Virus record (IMG/VR): IMGVR_UViG_3300021255_000040
Location: 1 to 64,000 of that record
Strand: one strand, 5' to 3'
DNA: 64,000 nt
From: a virus
Lineage: Duplodnaviria > Caudoviricetes
In this document: one piece after another, positions 1-10,963 of the stretch
How the letters are laid out: every line of letters begins with the position of its first letter
Numbering within the stretch: the first letter of the stretch is position 1
Notes under the pieces: model-generated
The model's database searches: none
What the model was told of the DNA's origin: nothing
The model's input: the letters and a program-made list of their open reading frames with translations, nothing else
Position numbers and translations under genes: made by a program

Positions 1-1277
1 AGTGAGAAAGGAGTATCCCCATCACGGCTGTATATCTGACCAATAATACCAAAGTGACATCTTGAAGGATTGCTCAACCTGTTATACTGCACAGGTCTTG
101 GACGCATGTTTACATAGATGTCAGCACCAATCTTAGTACCTTCCCAAGCCTCATTAATCCAGAACACCTGTTCCTCTTCACCCTTCATGGGATCACACTT
201 GTAACTCTCAGGATAGAAGTCAAACTGCTCTTCACCAGTCTCAGGGTCATAGCTCTTTACCTTCTTAATCTTTCTGCGACTCTTCCAATACACTCTCAGC
301 ACCCTGACATTACCATTATTATCATAGGGCAGCAAGTTATGGTGTTCCTCATCAGTAAACAGAGCCATTGGGTCTACATCCTCTCCAGCAGTATAGTCCT
401 GCCCAACAGAAATAAAACCATAACGCTCATCCCAGTTATCCATGCCATCATGATATTGCTCATAACCATCCTTGCCATATTCCTCCAGTGACTCAATATC
501 CTTCTTACTGAGCTGATCCCAGTAAGTGTCATATATCCTACCCCTGTTCCAGTACTGTTCTATCACAATGATGTCAGCATCCTCTACCTTCCTTGAAGTA
601 CCAGCAGAGATAATCCTTACTTCCCTTGGGTCAAGCTTCTCTACAAAAGGCTCACCACCAACAATGTCCACCTGATAGAGTTCTTCACTCACTGAGATGA
701 CATCACCAAAACCCTTGTTGAACAACTGAGGCAGTTCCAGTTCCTTGATGTAATGGTTCAGCACCATGTTACCTCTTACCTCACGCTTATCCTGATATTC
801 ATATTTAAAGTAGTAAGCCTGCTTCTCCAGTTCAGCATTGAATTCCTCTTCACTCTGACTGGTATCCATCAGCATCTCCTGAAGTTTCTGGTTGACCAGC
901 TTGTTCTTCTCCTCCTCCATCTCACTGATGGCATTGGGATTGGTCACTATCACCCTGAAGTCAAACAGTCTCTTGCTCTCTTCTCCCATCAGCACCTCCA
1001 GCTTCCTGTTAATGACAGGGTAGTGCTGTATCTGGTCAGGGATGAATGATGCATCTATATCAAATGGATTCACCAACAGCTTCAGGTCACTCATGTGTAC
1101 CTTACCATGCAGCAAGTCATAGTTGATGTTCATAGCCCTCACACTCTTCCTTGCCAAGTGGTAGTGCATCAAGCTATGGTCATCACCAAAGTCCACACAT
1201 TTCTTTCTCCAGACTTTGTTCTTCTTGCTAAAAGATAACTGCTGTGGGGGTAATCCTCCTATTGCACTATATGCCAT
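1..1277 (-). CDS. Portal protein, crAss-like (C-terminal part lies beyond the window edge)
   Basis: Not in ORF track. ATG at 1277 reads MAYSAIGGLPPQQLSFSKKNKVWRKKCVDFGDD and appears open to position 1. The 'LPPQQLSFSKK..W...CVD' N-terminus is typical of crAss-like portals. Confidence 0.8.
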   Translation of the reverse strand, partial: MAYSAIGGLPPQQLSFSKKNKVWRKKCVDFGDDHSLMHYHLARKSVRAMNINYDLLHGKVHMSDLKLLVNPFDIDASFIPDQIQHYPVINRKLEVLMGEESKRLFDFRVIVTNPNAISEMEEEKNKLVNQKLQEMLMDTSQSEEEFNAELEKQAYYFKYEYQDKREVRGNMVLNHYIKELELPQLFNKGFGDVISVSEELYQVDIVGGEPFVEKLDPREVRIISAGTSRKVEDADIIVIEQYWNRGRIYDTYWDQLSKKDIESLEEYGKDGYEQYHDGMDNWDERYGFISVGQDYTAGEDVDPMALFTDEEHHNLLPYDNNGNVRVLRVYWKSRRKIKKVKSYDPETGEEQFDFYPESYKCDPMKGEEEQVFWINEAWEGTKIGADIYVNMRPRPVQYNRLSNPSRCHFGIIGQIYSRDGDTPFS

Positions 1278-1289
1278 ATCCTTCTACTC

Positions 1290-4136
1290 TTAAAAAGTTA
1301 ATCCACGTCTCTTATTCTTCTTGAGTTTTCCTCCTTCAGCACTGATAACCTTGACTCTCTTCTTCATCTCAGGGTCATTGGGGTCAACAGCTCCAAAGAT
1401 ACCCTTTGAAATCATCCAGTTAATCATGTTATCACGCTTGTTCTCAGTACCAATGTCACCAATGCCCTTGAACAATCCTGCAATGTTACCATACAATGAG
1501 TTATACCAACCTGCATCAGCATCCATCTTCTGAGCAGCTGCCTGAAGTCTCAGTTGGGCATTAGCCCTTCTAGCATTATTATAGGCATCAGCATTGAACC
1601 TTGAAGTAGCACCATACTGCTCAGAGTTGAACTGGTCTGTGCCTCTGTTAAATTCAGCAACCTGTTTCCTCAAGTTATCATTATACTCTTGAGCCTGACG
1701 GAACAAATTACCACTTGCTATCTGGTCATTATATCCTGCTGCCAAGAGTCCAGCCATCTTGCTGCCTTGGTTAGCACCTGAATTCAGTATAGCCCTGTCA
1801 GTAGCTCTGGCATTAGCATTAAGCCTGTTTTGTTCAAACCAAATATCCAGAGGTCTATAGGTAAGGTAATTACCTAAAGGTTTCCAGTCAGCAGTATTCA
1901 CATCTCCTGCACCTGCAATAGCTGCATCCAATTGAGCAGTATCAGGTCTGCCAACTCCAGCAGCCATCATTCTAAGACCTACAGCAGGCCCAAACAGTCC
2001 TGCATATCTCAACCACTCTGGTCTATGTTTTGGAGCAACACCTTTCTTTTCTTCAGCTTTCTTCTCCTCAAGGGTCTTTGCTCTGCCATGATAGATTACT
2101 GTGTCACCATTAGGCAGTGTCTCCCTTCTGACTTCAGCACCAACTACATTGGGGTCTAGTTCACCTTCAATATATCCATCATAGTCATCACCATCCATAG
2201 CATGAAATACTCTGGCTTCAGGAGTTACAGCAAGAGCTTTTTCTTCTAACACTTCCTTTGCTTTCTCTTCCCATGTTGGAGTATAATGATAGTAACCCCA
2301 TTTTCCATCCTGTCTGGCATCAGTCCAATATTTTCTTGCAGCCTCTCTAGCAGCAGCATCTTCAGCAGCATAGGAAAGGTGCTTTCCACCAGCTCTTTCA
2401 TCCAGAGCCTTCAGGTAGTTCTGCACCTGTTCTAAATCCCAATTGTCCAGTACATATTGTGTCCAGTCCTTATAGTCCTGCTCTGTCTCACGCTGTTTAG
2501 CATAGTCACCCTTCTTGACATTCCAAGGCAGTCTGTTCTTACCTTTACTAGCAATGATAGCTGCATCAGGGTTAGTAAACAGGTCTGCTATACCTCCCCA
2601 ATCAAAGCGATTGATTTTTCCACCTTCAGCCATCATAGGTTGAGCCTCCTGACCTAAAGCTGCCTGACTACCATCAGCCTGCATCTGCTGTTGAGCCATT
2701 GTAATCTCTTCAGGACTGGGTTGCTGCATAGCTGCTTGTTCAGCCATAGCTTCCTGTTGGGCAGCATTCTCCATCACAGCCACTTGCTCCTCAGGACTCA
2801 ATGCCTCAAAAGCTGCCTTGGCTCTCTGGGCATCCATCTCTTGTTTCTGCCTCTCCTGTTCATCTGCCAGTTGATGCATCTGAGCTTTAAGACCTGCCTG
2901 ACTGATAGGGTCATTTGGTCTCTCTGAGGATTCCTTTTCCAGTTTCTTGGAAATGTCGGCAAAAGTAATATCCTTTTTCCTAGGCAGTCCAAACTTCTCC
3001 TTAGTCTGAGCATCAGCCAATATTCTATTGCTGTAAACATAATCATCAAAAACAGTCTCTCCTTCCTCTACCAAATTAGGTGTCCCCTCTGGGTCAACCC
3101 CAAGCTGCACACCTTCATTAGGGTTTTCTTCATGTGACTTTCCCGCATTAATACTCATTAAACCATTAGTGAAATCAGCACCATGCATCTGCACATCACC
3201 ACCTAATGCAAAGGGATTAAAACACCCACCATGACCAAAGGTATTAATAGCAGGCATTGGAGAAATACCTGGTACTCTGTTCTTTGCTTCATTCTGTTGT
3301 TTCTTCATTGTCAAATAGTCCATTGCTAATCCATAATCTAAAGCACCACCACCCATATCAAGTGGGCCACCAAAAGCAGAGAAATTAGCAAGGGCATTAT
3401 TCATCTGGTCATCAGCTAAATTACTAATATTATTACTTATACTTCTCTTAGCATACTGTCTGGCATCTCTCATTGCTTCTTCAAGTGCTTTTTGTTTTCT
3501 TTTTGCACTACTATTAAAAAGGCCTCCTTTATATGTTCCCTCAACAGATGCAGTAGCTTCAGGACCTTTAATATCATCAAAACTTCCTACATTACCATCA
3601 AAATTTCTAAGAGAACCCATTGATTGATTGGCTGCATTTAGTTTGGCTTGGTCTACTTTCTCCCCAAATAAAGCATTTGTAACACCCCCTAATACTTGGC
3701 TTCCAACGCCTATAGCAGCACCAAGTACAGGATTTACAGAACCCACAGCACCTCCAATAGTACTACCAATACTTGATATAGCTGAACCAGCACCACTTTC
3801 AAGACCACCAGAGATGGCACTATTGGCAAGACCTCCAATAGCTCCAGCTGCCCCACTTATAAGAGCACCACCAATGGGAGTACTAGCCATTGACTTAAGA
3901 CCTCCTTGGAGATTGCCCTTACTAAATGGATTGTCTGCTTTTGAAATACCAAAAGCATTAGTTGAACTCTTATAATTATTTATTTCTGCCTGTTTCTGCT
4001 CTGGAGATAACTTAGACCAAGGGGCTTTACCAGTATAATTAGCTTGGGCTAAACCTCCCCAGTCAAAGATATTTGGCTCAGGCATGAATGCTGGCCTGTT
4101 CCACTTATTTGCTGTATATAACTTATTCTTTTTCAT
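1290..4136 (-). CDS. Virion cargo/ejection protein (crAss cargo-1-like)
   Basis: 948 aa; Gly/Ala-rich hydrophobic N-terminal stretch, repeated F/A-x-GG motifs, 'GKSHEENPNEGV..G....LVEEGE' motif; lies just downstream of the muzzle gene. Confidence 0.65.
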   Translation of the reverse strand: MKKNKLYTANKWNRPAFMPEPNIFDWGGLAQANYTGKAPWSKLSPEQKQAEINNYKSSTNAFGISKADNPFSKGNLQGGLKSMASTPIGGALISGAAGAIGGLANSAISGGLESGAGSAISSIGSTIGGAVGSVNPVLGAAIGVGSQVLGGVTNALFGEKVDQAKLNAANQSMGSLRNFDGNVGSFDDIKGPEATASVEGTYKGGLFNSSAKRKQKALEEAMRDARQYAKRSISNNISNLADDQMNNALANFSAFGGPLDMGGGALDYGLAMDYLTMKKQQNEAKNRVPGISPMPAINTFGHGGCFNPFALGGDVQMHGADFTNGLMSINAGKSHEENPNEGVQLGVDPEGTPNLVEEGETVFDDYVYSNRILADAQTKEKFGLPRKKDITFADISKKLEKESSERPNDPISQAGLKAQMHQLADEQERQKQEMDAQRAKAAFEALSPEEQVAVMENAAQQEAMAEQAAMQQPSPEEITMAQQQMQADGSQAALGQEAQPMMAEGGKINRFDWGGIADLFTNPDAAIIASKGKNRLPWNVKKGDYAKQRETEQDYKDWTQYVLDNWDLEQVQNYLKALDERAGGKHLSYAAEDAAAREAARKYWTDARQDGKWGYYHYTPTWEEKAKEVLEEKALAVTPEARVFHAMDGDDYDGYIEGELDPNVVGAEVRRETLPNGDTVIYHGRAKTLEEKKAEEKKGVAPKHRPEWLRYAGLFGPAVGLRMMAAGVGRPDTAQLDAAIAGAGDVNTADWKPLGNYLTYRPLDIWFEQNRLNANARATDRAILNSGANQGSKMAGLLAAGYNDQIASGNLFRQAQEYNDNLRKQVAEFNRGTDQFNSEQYGATSRFNADAYNNARRANAQLRLQAAAQKMDADAGWYNSLYGNIAGLFKGIGDIGTENKRDNMINWMISKGIFGAVDPNDPEMKKRVKVISAEGGKLKKNKRRGLTF

Positions 4137-4155
4137 CCTAAGTATAATTTTGTTG

Positions 4156-4163
4156 CAAAGATA
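4156..4163 (-). promoter_or_regulatory. Bacteroidetes -7 promoter element TAnnTTTG (representative copy)
   Basis: Same octamer lies upstream of genes at 4359, 11689, 22743, 25880, 29539, 31980, 32531, 33019, 33632, 36976, 37489, 53806 (minus) and 29644, 39079, 42486, 54000, 60235 (plus). Confidence 0.7.
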
Positions 4164-4522
4164 AGTTATATCCTTAGAAAGCAGTCACGACTAACTTTCT
4201 GTATAAAAAAAGGTAAGGAAACCATTAAGATTCCCTTACCTGTCATGAATTACATCTTTGCAGACAACCCTCACGGGCTTTTAACAAATGTACCTAAAAA
4301 CAAATCTTTTCACCTTTTATATTTTCAGAGTTCTGATTTTTTTCTCCTACTTCTGGTGCAAAGATATACGTTATTTTTTAATTAACCAAATTATTTACAA
4401 TATTTTATCATCATTCGTTAAAGTTTTACTTTAACGATGATATGACAAAAAGGCAAGACTGTATCACTACCGCCCTACCTCCGAACTTAATAACTAAAAA
4501 CTACTAACTTAAAACAACTATT

Positions 4523-7500
4523 TTATGTAAAGTATGTCATTACTATATCATGTATCTCCACCTTTTTATCAGTATCAGCATCCTTCTGAAGTTTCAGATA
4601 GAGCCAAGGATTCCTCATTCTGTCTACAGGATGCTGCTTGGTTCTTGATACTCCAAGAGCTGCATCACCAGACAGAGGAGCATTGTCTCTTGGAATATCA
4701 CATCTCCAGATTCTAAACTTCCTCTTCAGAGAAGCCTTATTATCGAGAGTATGATGTTTCATGGCTGCATGACCGTTCTTAATATCAAGTTTAGCCAACC
4801 CATGCTGATACTCATTCCAAGTTTCCAAAGAGTCAAAGGGCAGGTAGAAGTTGAACTTGCCTGCATTTGTTTGCTCACCATCTCCTTCTACACATGCCCT
4901 AAACTCAAGGTTAGTGAATATCTTGTCCAACTGTGGCTCAGGATTTCCTACAAGAGTCATACCATAAGGCCTGTGACCATCATAATCTTCCGTACTAAAG
5001 AAATCACAATACTCTCCTGCCTGATGCTCCCATAGCTTTTGATTTTTAATCCAGATGCCTACATCATCCAAATTACAGAACCAGGGAGTATTACCATAGT
5101 CATAAAAACTGATAAAAGCTCCTACCTTTTCTGAGTAAGCAAGGGCAATGTCCTTATTAATGTAAAGCACATCTTGATTCTTCTTGTCATAGTAACCTAC
5201 AAAGTTATTGAACTCATCAGGAGTCCATTTAATATTACCTGCGGGAATATGTTGCTTACACCAAGCATTAAACCCTCCTTGCTGAGATATGTTCTGTAGT
5301 CCTTCTCCTAACTTATAGATACTTTTTTCATTTGAGTCCATGAAATAGATACCTGCTGGAGTATTAACCACTGACCATTTATTAGAACAGCCTACAGTAT
5401 CACTCAAATATCTCTTACCTTGCACCTTACCACTGTTAGCAATCTCAATGGGAACACCCTCTGTAGTAGAAATTTGTGTATTCTCATTATAAAGTATTTG
5501 ACTAATACCTTGGTCTTGGAAACATATCAACTGGTCATTAAGTCTTTGCAATGAGGTCACACTACCCTTATTTCCATCTAGTTCAAGTGTACTTGCCAGC
5601 GTAACATTATTCCACATGTCAATATCAGCATTAGATGCTTTAGTCTTTGACCATGTTATCTGATTAGGATAACTGTTGTTCTTATAGACATCATCATCTT
5701 GAATCCTATAAGTAAAGAAATTATCCAACTGACTATATACTGGATTCAACAAATTAAAGTTCTGAGGACTCATATTGAGATTATTACTCTGACCTCTATT
5801 TCTGTCATATCTGCCATCTATATTAACATGTGTCTCCAACATGAAGCTGCCAATCTCCACTATCTGATTAATATCCTCACGGGTAAATGCATAGGTCTTC
5901 AAGCAGTCATATCTTTGGAAATATGTATCTCCATAGTCATAGTAGAAATTCAGTATCTTATAATCTTTACCCTCAATTGTTTCTTTTTCCGTATTATTTA
6001 AAGATACAGGAATACCACAAGGCAACCATTTATTTTCTCTGAATGCATCAGCAGATCTACCACCAAAGCGTGTTGATGTATTAGTGACTTTCTGTATTTC
6101 AAAAATTGCCAACTGATTATTATTTTCAATAATACTAGTGTATGGATATACAACCAAATGAGGAGTAGACTTGTATTTCATTCTTACTGGAGATTTTCTA
6201 ATATCAAGATCTACAAACTCATCACCAATATCATCTCCTCCCCAAACCCATTGGTAAATGTCATGAGTTTCCTCTGCAAATGGATCATAATATTTTCCTA
6301 CCCATTTTCTTATACCATTTTGATTTTGCTGTTCTGCATCTTTAGAAAATGCTTTTAGCCAGTTATTTGAAATAAAGGAGGTAGGAGCATCAGTGTAATT
6401 CCAAGCCCAACTATCACCTGACCAAGGATGTTTCCATACAATTACACCATCCAATGCAAAATATTTACCATCAGCATTATCTGGCATAAGTAATGTATCA
6501 ATATTACCTTTGTATATTTTATCGTCAATCTTTAAAATAGTGTCTTCCTCACCTGAAAATAACTGAGGGTAGGTATTGAAATTATATCCCCAACCTCTAT
6601 TATTCCAATCATAAAGATTTGTAGTAGCATATCTTAAATTAGAAATCATTTTCTTTTTCAAGACAGCAGTAGCATTACCTTTACTAGAAGGCCTATTCAT
6701 ATCATTATTAAGAGAGCCATTACTTTGCCAAGGGTATACCAACCACTTTGCAGCAGCTCTTTCATGTGGATATGCTCCTAAATGATTGTCTTCTCCAAGA
6801 CAGTCATCCACAATATAATCATCATAAAATAGTCCCGATATAATACCAGCAGCCCCCTCTGAAGTAAATGCTCTGTGTACAAAGCCAGATCCAGAGTTAC
6901 TAACTGTAGGGGATTCTGTTTGAATGTCAATATCTGACATAGTATGAGTGAAATCTACCACTCCTACTTGATTATAACTGGTTCCTATAAAATCTAGTAC
7001 CTGAAGTTGATCATCAAATTCAATATCAGGAGAATGAAGCGTTCTAAATTGAGTATCAATTCTAAATTTATTATCACTTTCAAAGTCCCCTTCAATCTCC
7101 ACTTTCCTTATTCTCTGTGGATCGTATGAACCCTTGCTATCATCTGGAAAATGATACTCAATATTTCTCTGTGTATATTCAAGTAAGTTCCTACTTTTAG
7201 GATTATTAGTTGTATCTGTCACAGCATCATCTGCTGATTGATAGGGTCTAAAAAACCATGAAGACTGTGCATAAATGTTTTTATCATTAATTCTTTGTGT
7301 ATTAGTATATACAGTAGGATTAACTACTCCTTGGCATATAACATCTCTATCCATCATGTCAGGGAATACTACAACAGGTCTTATTTTTCTGTATCCTGCG
7401 TTTATTAAACTATCAAATAAAGGATACCAACCTCCTTGTTTTTCTACAGCTAATTTACCTTTGATAATAGGAACTTTAATATAGCTACCTTCATCCTTTG

Positions 7501-8767
7501 GTACACTTTTTACAAGTATATCATCTGCCCAAATAGGGTCTGTCCATTTACCACTTTCATGTTGAAATTGTACACCACATCTATAGTAGTTTCCTGTCTT
7601 AAAACCAGCACAAGGAACAGAAACACCTGCATCTCTGCTTTCTCCACCAATTGAAGTCAATTGATTAGCATAACTGTAAGAACCATAAGATACTTTTATT
7701 GGAGAAAATTCTCTAGTGAGATTAGCTTCAAGGGATATAGCTTCTCTAACATCACTTCTCATAGCAATTTCAATCATTGGTCTGCTAACCTTGATATTAC
7801 CCATGAAAAGAGTATTATCCTTCTGAGACATAGTTTCAGCAGTAATAACTTCGCCCCCTTTAAATAGTAATTCTGTAGGGTCAATACTTTCACCTGTTGT
7901 TCCTGTATCAATGAAAGAGGCTTTATTATCAGTAAGACCGCTAGTAGCAATATCCTGGATTCTCTTACATATAGGAGTAGCATCAATACTGGTTCTCTGA
8001 ATAGAGTAAATACGAAGATACTCAAAGTTTGTATCTACATTATTTACAGTAATCTTAAAAGCATTCTCTATTTTATCTTTAGGGCTTCCTCCTCTTTCCT
8101 TATAAGATATATAGTTTAGAGGGGTTGTGTAGAATATATTGCTCTCCTGACCATACTTATTGTAGTATGTGAAAGCATATTGAATAACACCAGGAGCAAA
8201 TAAACCTGTTGCTCCAAGCATTTTCTCTACAGAAATAGTTTCCTTAAGCTGCAAGGTAGGGATAAAGTCAAATTGATTATTGTTATTTGGAAGTATTCTG
8301 CCTACAATATTAATAACTCTAGGCTGCTTGTTACCATCAGTCCAGTACACTTTCTGTACTAAATCTGACTCATAACTCACAAGGGTCTCAAGAGGATGCT
8401 CTCCACTAAAACCTAAATTACCTTCATATAAGGTCTCAAGAATATAGCTATATTTCTGTGAAGGATGCGCATAGATTTTATAAATATGGTCTGGATTATC
8501 ACCTTCAACACCATAAGTAAACAGTACTATATTATGATTTATAACAGCTACACCAATAGCCTTACCCTGAATATTAACAATATCTTCACTGGTATTATAC
8601 AGAGTAATAGAACCTGTACCCTTTTCATTTACCCAACTTAATAAGGTATTATTCTCATTAGTTGAAAGTCTAAGATTCATATTTTCAAAGGAAAACTCAG
8701 GATTAAATGCTGATACACTTAAATCCTGATTCATACCCTTAGTCTTAAAAAGCATTTGTTTCTTCAT
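4523..8767 (-). CDS. Tail stabilisation / muzzle protein
   Basis: 1414 aa; 'GMNQDLS..F...N.R' start, 'YWTDG..QPR.INI', 'YGDTYFQRYDCLKT', 'ITWSKTK', 'KFRIWR..IPRD', 'RMRNPW' are crAss Tstab-type motifs. Confidence 0.85.
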   Translation of the reverse strand: MKKQMLFKTKGMNQDLSVSAFNPEFSFENMNLRLSTNENNTLLSWVNEKGTGSITLYNTSEDIVNIQGKAIGVAVINHNIVLFTYGVEGDNPDHIYKIYAHPSQKYSYILETLYEGNLGFSGEHPLETLVSYESDLVQKVYWTDGNKQPRVINIVGRILPNNNNQFDFIPTLQLKETISVEKMLGATGLFAPGVIQYAFTYYNKYGQESNIFYTTPLNYISYKERGGSPKDKIENAFKITVNNVDTNFEYLRIYSIQRTSIDATPICKRIQDIATSGLTDNKASFIDTGTTGESIDPTELLFKGGEVITAETMSQKDNTLFMGNIKVSRPMIEIAMRSDVREAISLEANLTREFSPIKVSYGSYSYANQLTSIGGESRDAGVSVPCAGFKTGNYYRCGVQFQHESGKWTDPIWADDILVKSVPKDEGSYIKVPIIKGKLAVEKQGGWYPLFDSLINAGYRKIRPVVVFPDMMDRDVICQGVVNPTVYTNTQRINDKNIYAQSSWFFRPYQSADDAVTDTTNNPKSRNLLEYTQRNIEYHFPDDSKGSYDPQRIRKVEIEGDFESDNKFRIDTQFRTLHSPDIEFDDQLQVLDFIGTSYNQVGVVDFTHTMSDIDIQTESPTVSNSGSGFVHRAFTSEGAAGIISGLFYDDYIVDDCLGEDNHLGAYPHERAAAKWLVYPWQSNGSLNNDMNRPSSKGNATAVLKKKMISNLRYATTNLYDWNNRGWGYNFNTYPQLFSGEEDTILKIDDKIYKGNIDTLLMPDNADGKYFALDGVIVWKHPWSGDSWAWNYTDAPTSFISNNWLKAFSKDAEQQNQNGIRKWVGKYYDPFAEETHDIYQWVWGGDDIGDEFVDLDIRKSPVRMKYKSTPHLVVYPYTSIIENNNQLAIFEIQKVTNTSTRFGGRSADAFRENKWLPCGIPVSLNNTEKETIEGKDYKILNFYYDYGDTYFQRYDCLKTYAFTREDINQIVEIGSFMLETHVNIDGRYDRNRGQSNNLNMSPQNFNLLNPVYSQLDNFFTYRIQDDDVYKNNSYPNQITWSKTKASNADIDMWNNVTLASTLELDGNKGSVTSLQRLNDQLICFQDQGISQILYNENTQISTTEGVPIEIANSGKVQGKRYLSDTVGCSNKWSVVNTPAGIYFMDSNEKSIYKLGEGLQNISQQGGFNAWCKQHIPAGNIKWTPDEFNNFVGYYDKKNQDVLYINKDIALAYSEKVGAFISFYDYGNTPWFCNLDDVGIWIKNQKLWEHQAGEYCDFFSTEDYDGHRPYGMTLVGNPEPQLDKIFTNLEFRACVEGDGEQTNAGKFNFYLPFDSLETWNEYQHGLAKLDIKNGHAAMKHHTLDNKASLKRKFRIWRCDIPRDNAPLSGDAALGVSRTKQHPVDRMRNPWLYLKLQKDADTDKKVEIHDIVMTYFT

Positions 8768-8770
8768 ATC

Positions 8771-9646
8771 TTATTCCTCCGTAGGTGTTGGTGGTATGGT
8801 TATATTATTGTTGATAACTGGACTAAGTTCCAGATTACCTATAGCTGTCGCAATAGCATTAAGAGCTGTAGTCTGAGCATCCAAAGAAGTCTTGATAGCA
8901 TTAGCTGAAGTAATGAGTGTATCAAGTTTAGTATTTATTTCTGGAATAGTCACTCTCTCTGCTGTGTGCTCTACACCTTCTGTAATTATCTTAGCATTGG
9001 TTTTATCTAGGGCAGCAACAATATTATTTAAAAGCTTCTCTACATTAGTATCCAAATATCCTATTTCTTCTGGTTTTGTATTATCTGAAGCGTCTGCATC
9101 CTTGATAACTGATCTTGCTTTACTGCTTTCAGTCATCATGTATCCTGCCCAAGTGTAAGCTGCTTCACAATAATGAGTAATCTCATTTTTTCCTATCTCA
9201 TCAGGATTTGAAATCTTTTCAAGCATTCCTCTTAAAGCCTGTATAGCAAATTGATCTCTGGCATTAAGATTGTCAATAGTGATTTCATAAGTCTTATCTA
9301 ATACTCCAGAAGGCTCATAAGTTACATCTCCATCATCATTAACACTTCTTGTTACTGCATGAGTTGTAGCTCCCACAGTACCATTCTTAATAGATGGCAT
9401 CTGAGAGATTCCCATTTTTAAGTTATACCCTGCTTCTATAGCATTTTTACTAACAGGTTGCCCATTACTATTAAAGGTGTAAGTAACACCATCGACAGTA
9501 AGATTTAGATTATTGGGCGAGTTATATTTAAGGATACCAGTGCCTACAACACCATTATCTTCATTAACCATAGCAACTAACTGTTTTTCTTTAGCTGCTG
9601 TATAATTAAAATCCTCTGTTGTAAATATTTGCTGTTGTACTGCCAT
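8771..9646 (-). CDS. Hypothetical protein, possibly virion-associated
   Basis: 291 aa ORF tightly packed in the tail block; C-terminal coiled coil. Confidence 0.6.
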   Translation of the reverse strand: MAVQQQIFTTEDFNYTAAKEKQLVAMVNEDNGVVGTGILKYNSPNNLNLTVDGVTYTFNSNGQPVSKNAIEAGYNLKMGISQMPSIKNGTVGATTHAVTRSVNDDGDVTYEPSGVLDKTYEITIDNLNARDQFAIQALRGMLEKISNPDEIGKNEITHYCEAAYTWAGYMMTESSKARSVIKDADASDNTKPEEIGYLDTNVEKLLNNIVAALDKTNAKIITEGVEHTAERVTIPEINTKLDTLITSANAIKTSLDAQTTALNAIATAIGNLELSPVINNNITIPPTPTEE

Positions 9647-9650
9647 ATTT

Positions 9651-10412
9651 TTAATGTTTTCTTAAATACTCTCTATCACCCAAATTCTTAAACCCATTAT
9701 CAAATTCTCTCATCTTAGGAATCATAGTGTTCCACATACGGGCAATACTCTCCATTTCACCCTGAGAAGGAATAGTAAACTCACTCTGCAAGAGTCTGGC
9801 TGCTACTGCATATTCCGTCTGGGTGTTCTGCAATACTCCAGCTGCTATCTTGCCTTGATCAAACTTAATGGTAAAGACCTGTTTCTTGATGTAAAGCTCA
9901 AGGGCATCAAGATAGAGTTCATTGTCTATTAGCAGGGGGAAACCATCTTCATCTACAGGCAGTCCCTTGTAGGAAATCTGCACCATGCCTTCAGGGAATG
10001 TGGTGAAGATAACCCTGCCTTGTGTCTTGAAAGCTGGCTCTTCCATCAGCTCCCTACGCTCTGGAATATACCATGAGGGCTTCTGATTGTTCATAGGGTC
10101 TTTGCAAGGCTTGCCTTTAGGCTGTGGCATAAGACCAGTGGGGAAGTTGTCTGTCATGCTTCTCAAGCAGATGCCACTCTGCAAGTCCTTCACCTGATTG
10201 ATGTTGATAACATCACAGGGCATCAGTCCTCTGAACTCATGTATCTTCACATCTTCCAGTTTGTCCTGATAGAGCTTACTGTATCCATGTCGGGCAATGA
10301 ACTTAATGGTGTGATTCACCACTTGCTCCAAGGTCAAGTCTCTGAGCATCGGATGGTCTTGACAATCTTCCAAGACTCTCCTGATATTGGTATATTGTAT
10401 CTCTTTTACCAT
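9651..10412 (-). CDS. Tail ring / tail tubular protein
   Basis: 253 aa; 'G.V.ISY..LPVDEDGFPL..DN' motif; position upstream of the muzzle gene. Confidence 0.75.
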   Translation of the reverse strand: MVKEIQYTNIRRVLEDCQDHPMLRDLTLEQVVNHTIKFIARHGYSKLYQDKLEDVKIHEFRGLMPCDVININQVKDLQSGICLRSMTDNFPTGLMPQPKGKPCKDPMNNQKPSWYIPERRELMEEPAFKTQGRVIFTTFPEGMVQISYKGLPVDEDGFPLLIDNELYLDALELYIKKQVFTIKFDQGKIAAGVLQNTQTEYAVAARLLQSEFTIPSQGEMESIARMWNTMIPKMREFDNGFKNLGDREYLRKH

Positions 10413-10942
10413 ACTGTATCTATTTTTCCTTTCTGTATATTCTCTTTCAGTGCATTGCGGATAAACCTGTTGAGCACAAACTGATAGAAAACCTTGTTCT
10501 CATATTTTGCATGATACTTACAATACCTGACATGATAAACCCAAGGCTGTTCATCCCTGATGAGCACTTTCTGTTTGTGGCACTCCTCATCCTCATACCA
10601 TAGCTTCCAGGTCTTGCCCCAGTCAATAGGGTAGGTATTCTTCAGCTTACCATCCACTAGCTTGACTCCTCGCTGGTATTTCATCAGTTCAAGACTGCCC
10701 ATCTGCTCAGGGAAAAATACTGTCTCTCCATTGGCTATATTCTCAGCAAGCAACTTGTTCACTCCACGTACAATAGCATAGAAGTCATGCTCACTGACTG
10801 GATGGCCAATGTCATACCAACCATTCTTCCTGCAAAACTCACGGGCTTGTCTGACTCCCCAAGAGTTCCTGACCTTGGCTTGCCTCCTATTGCCCCTGAT
10901 ATACTGGGTCTTGAACTGCTCCAAATCCTTCTGCTCTTCCAT
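10406..10942 (-). CDS. IHF/HU-like conserved crAss protein
   Basis: 178 aa; 'NKLLA..I..G..V.FP..MG.LE' and 'IDWGKT..LW' match the crAss IHF-like family; conserved position. Confidence 0.7.
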   Translation of the reverse strand: MEEQKDLEQFKTQYIRGNRRQAKVRNSWGVRQAREFCRKNGWYDIGHPVSEHDFYAIVRGVNKLLAENIANGETVFFPEQMGSLELMKYQRGVKLVDGKLKNTYPIDWGKTWKLWYEDEECHKQKVLIRDEQPWVYHVRYCKYHAKYENKVFYQFVLNRFIRNALKENIQKGKIDTVW

Positions 10943-10963
10943 TGCCTATACCTTTATTATATA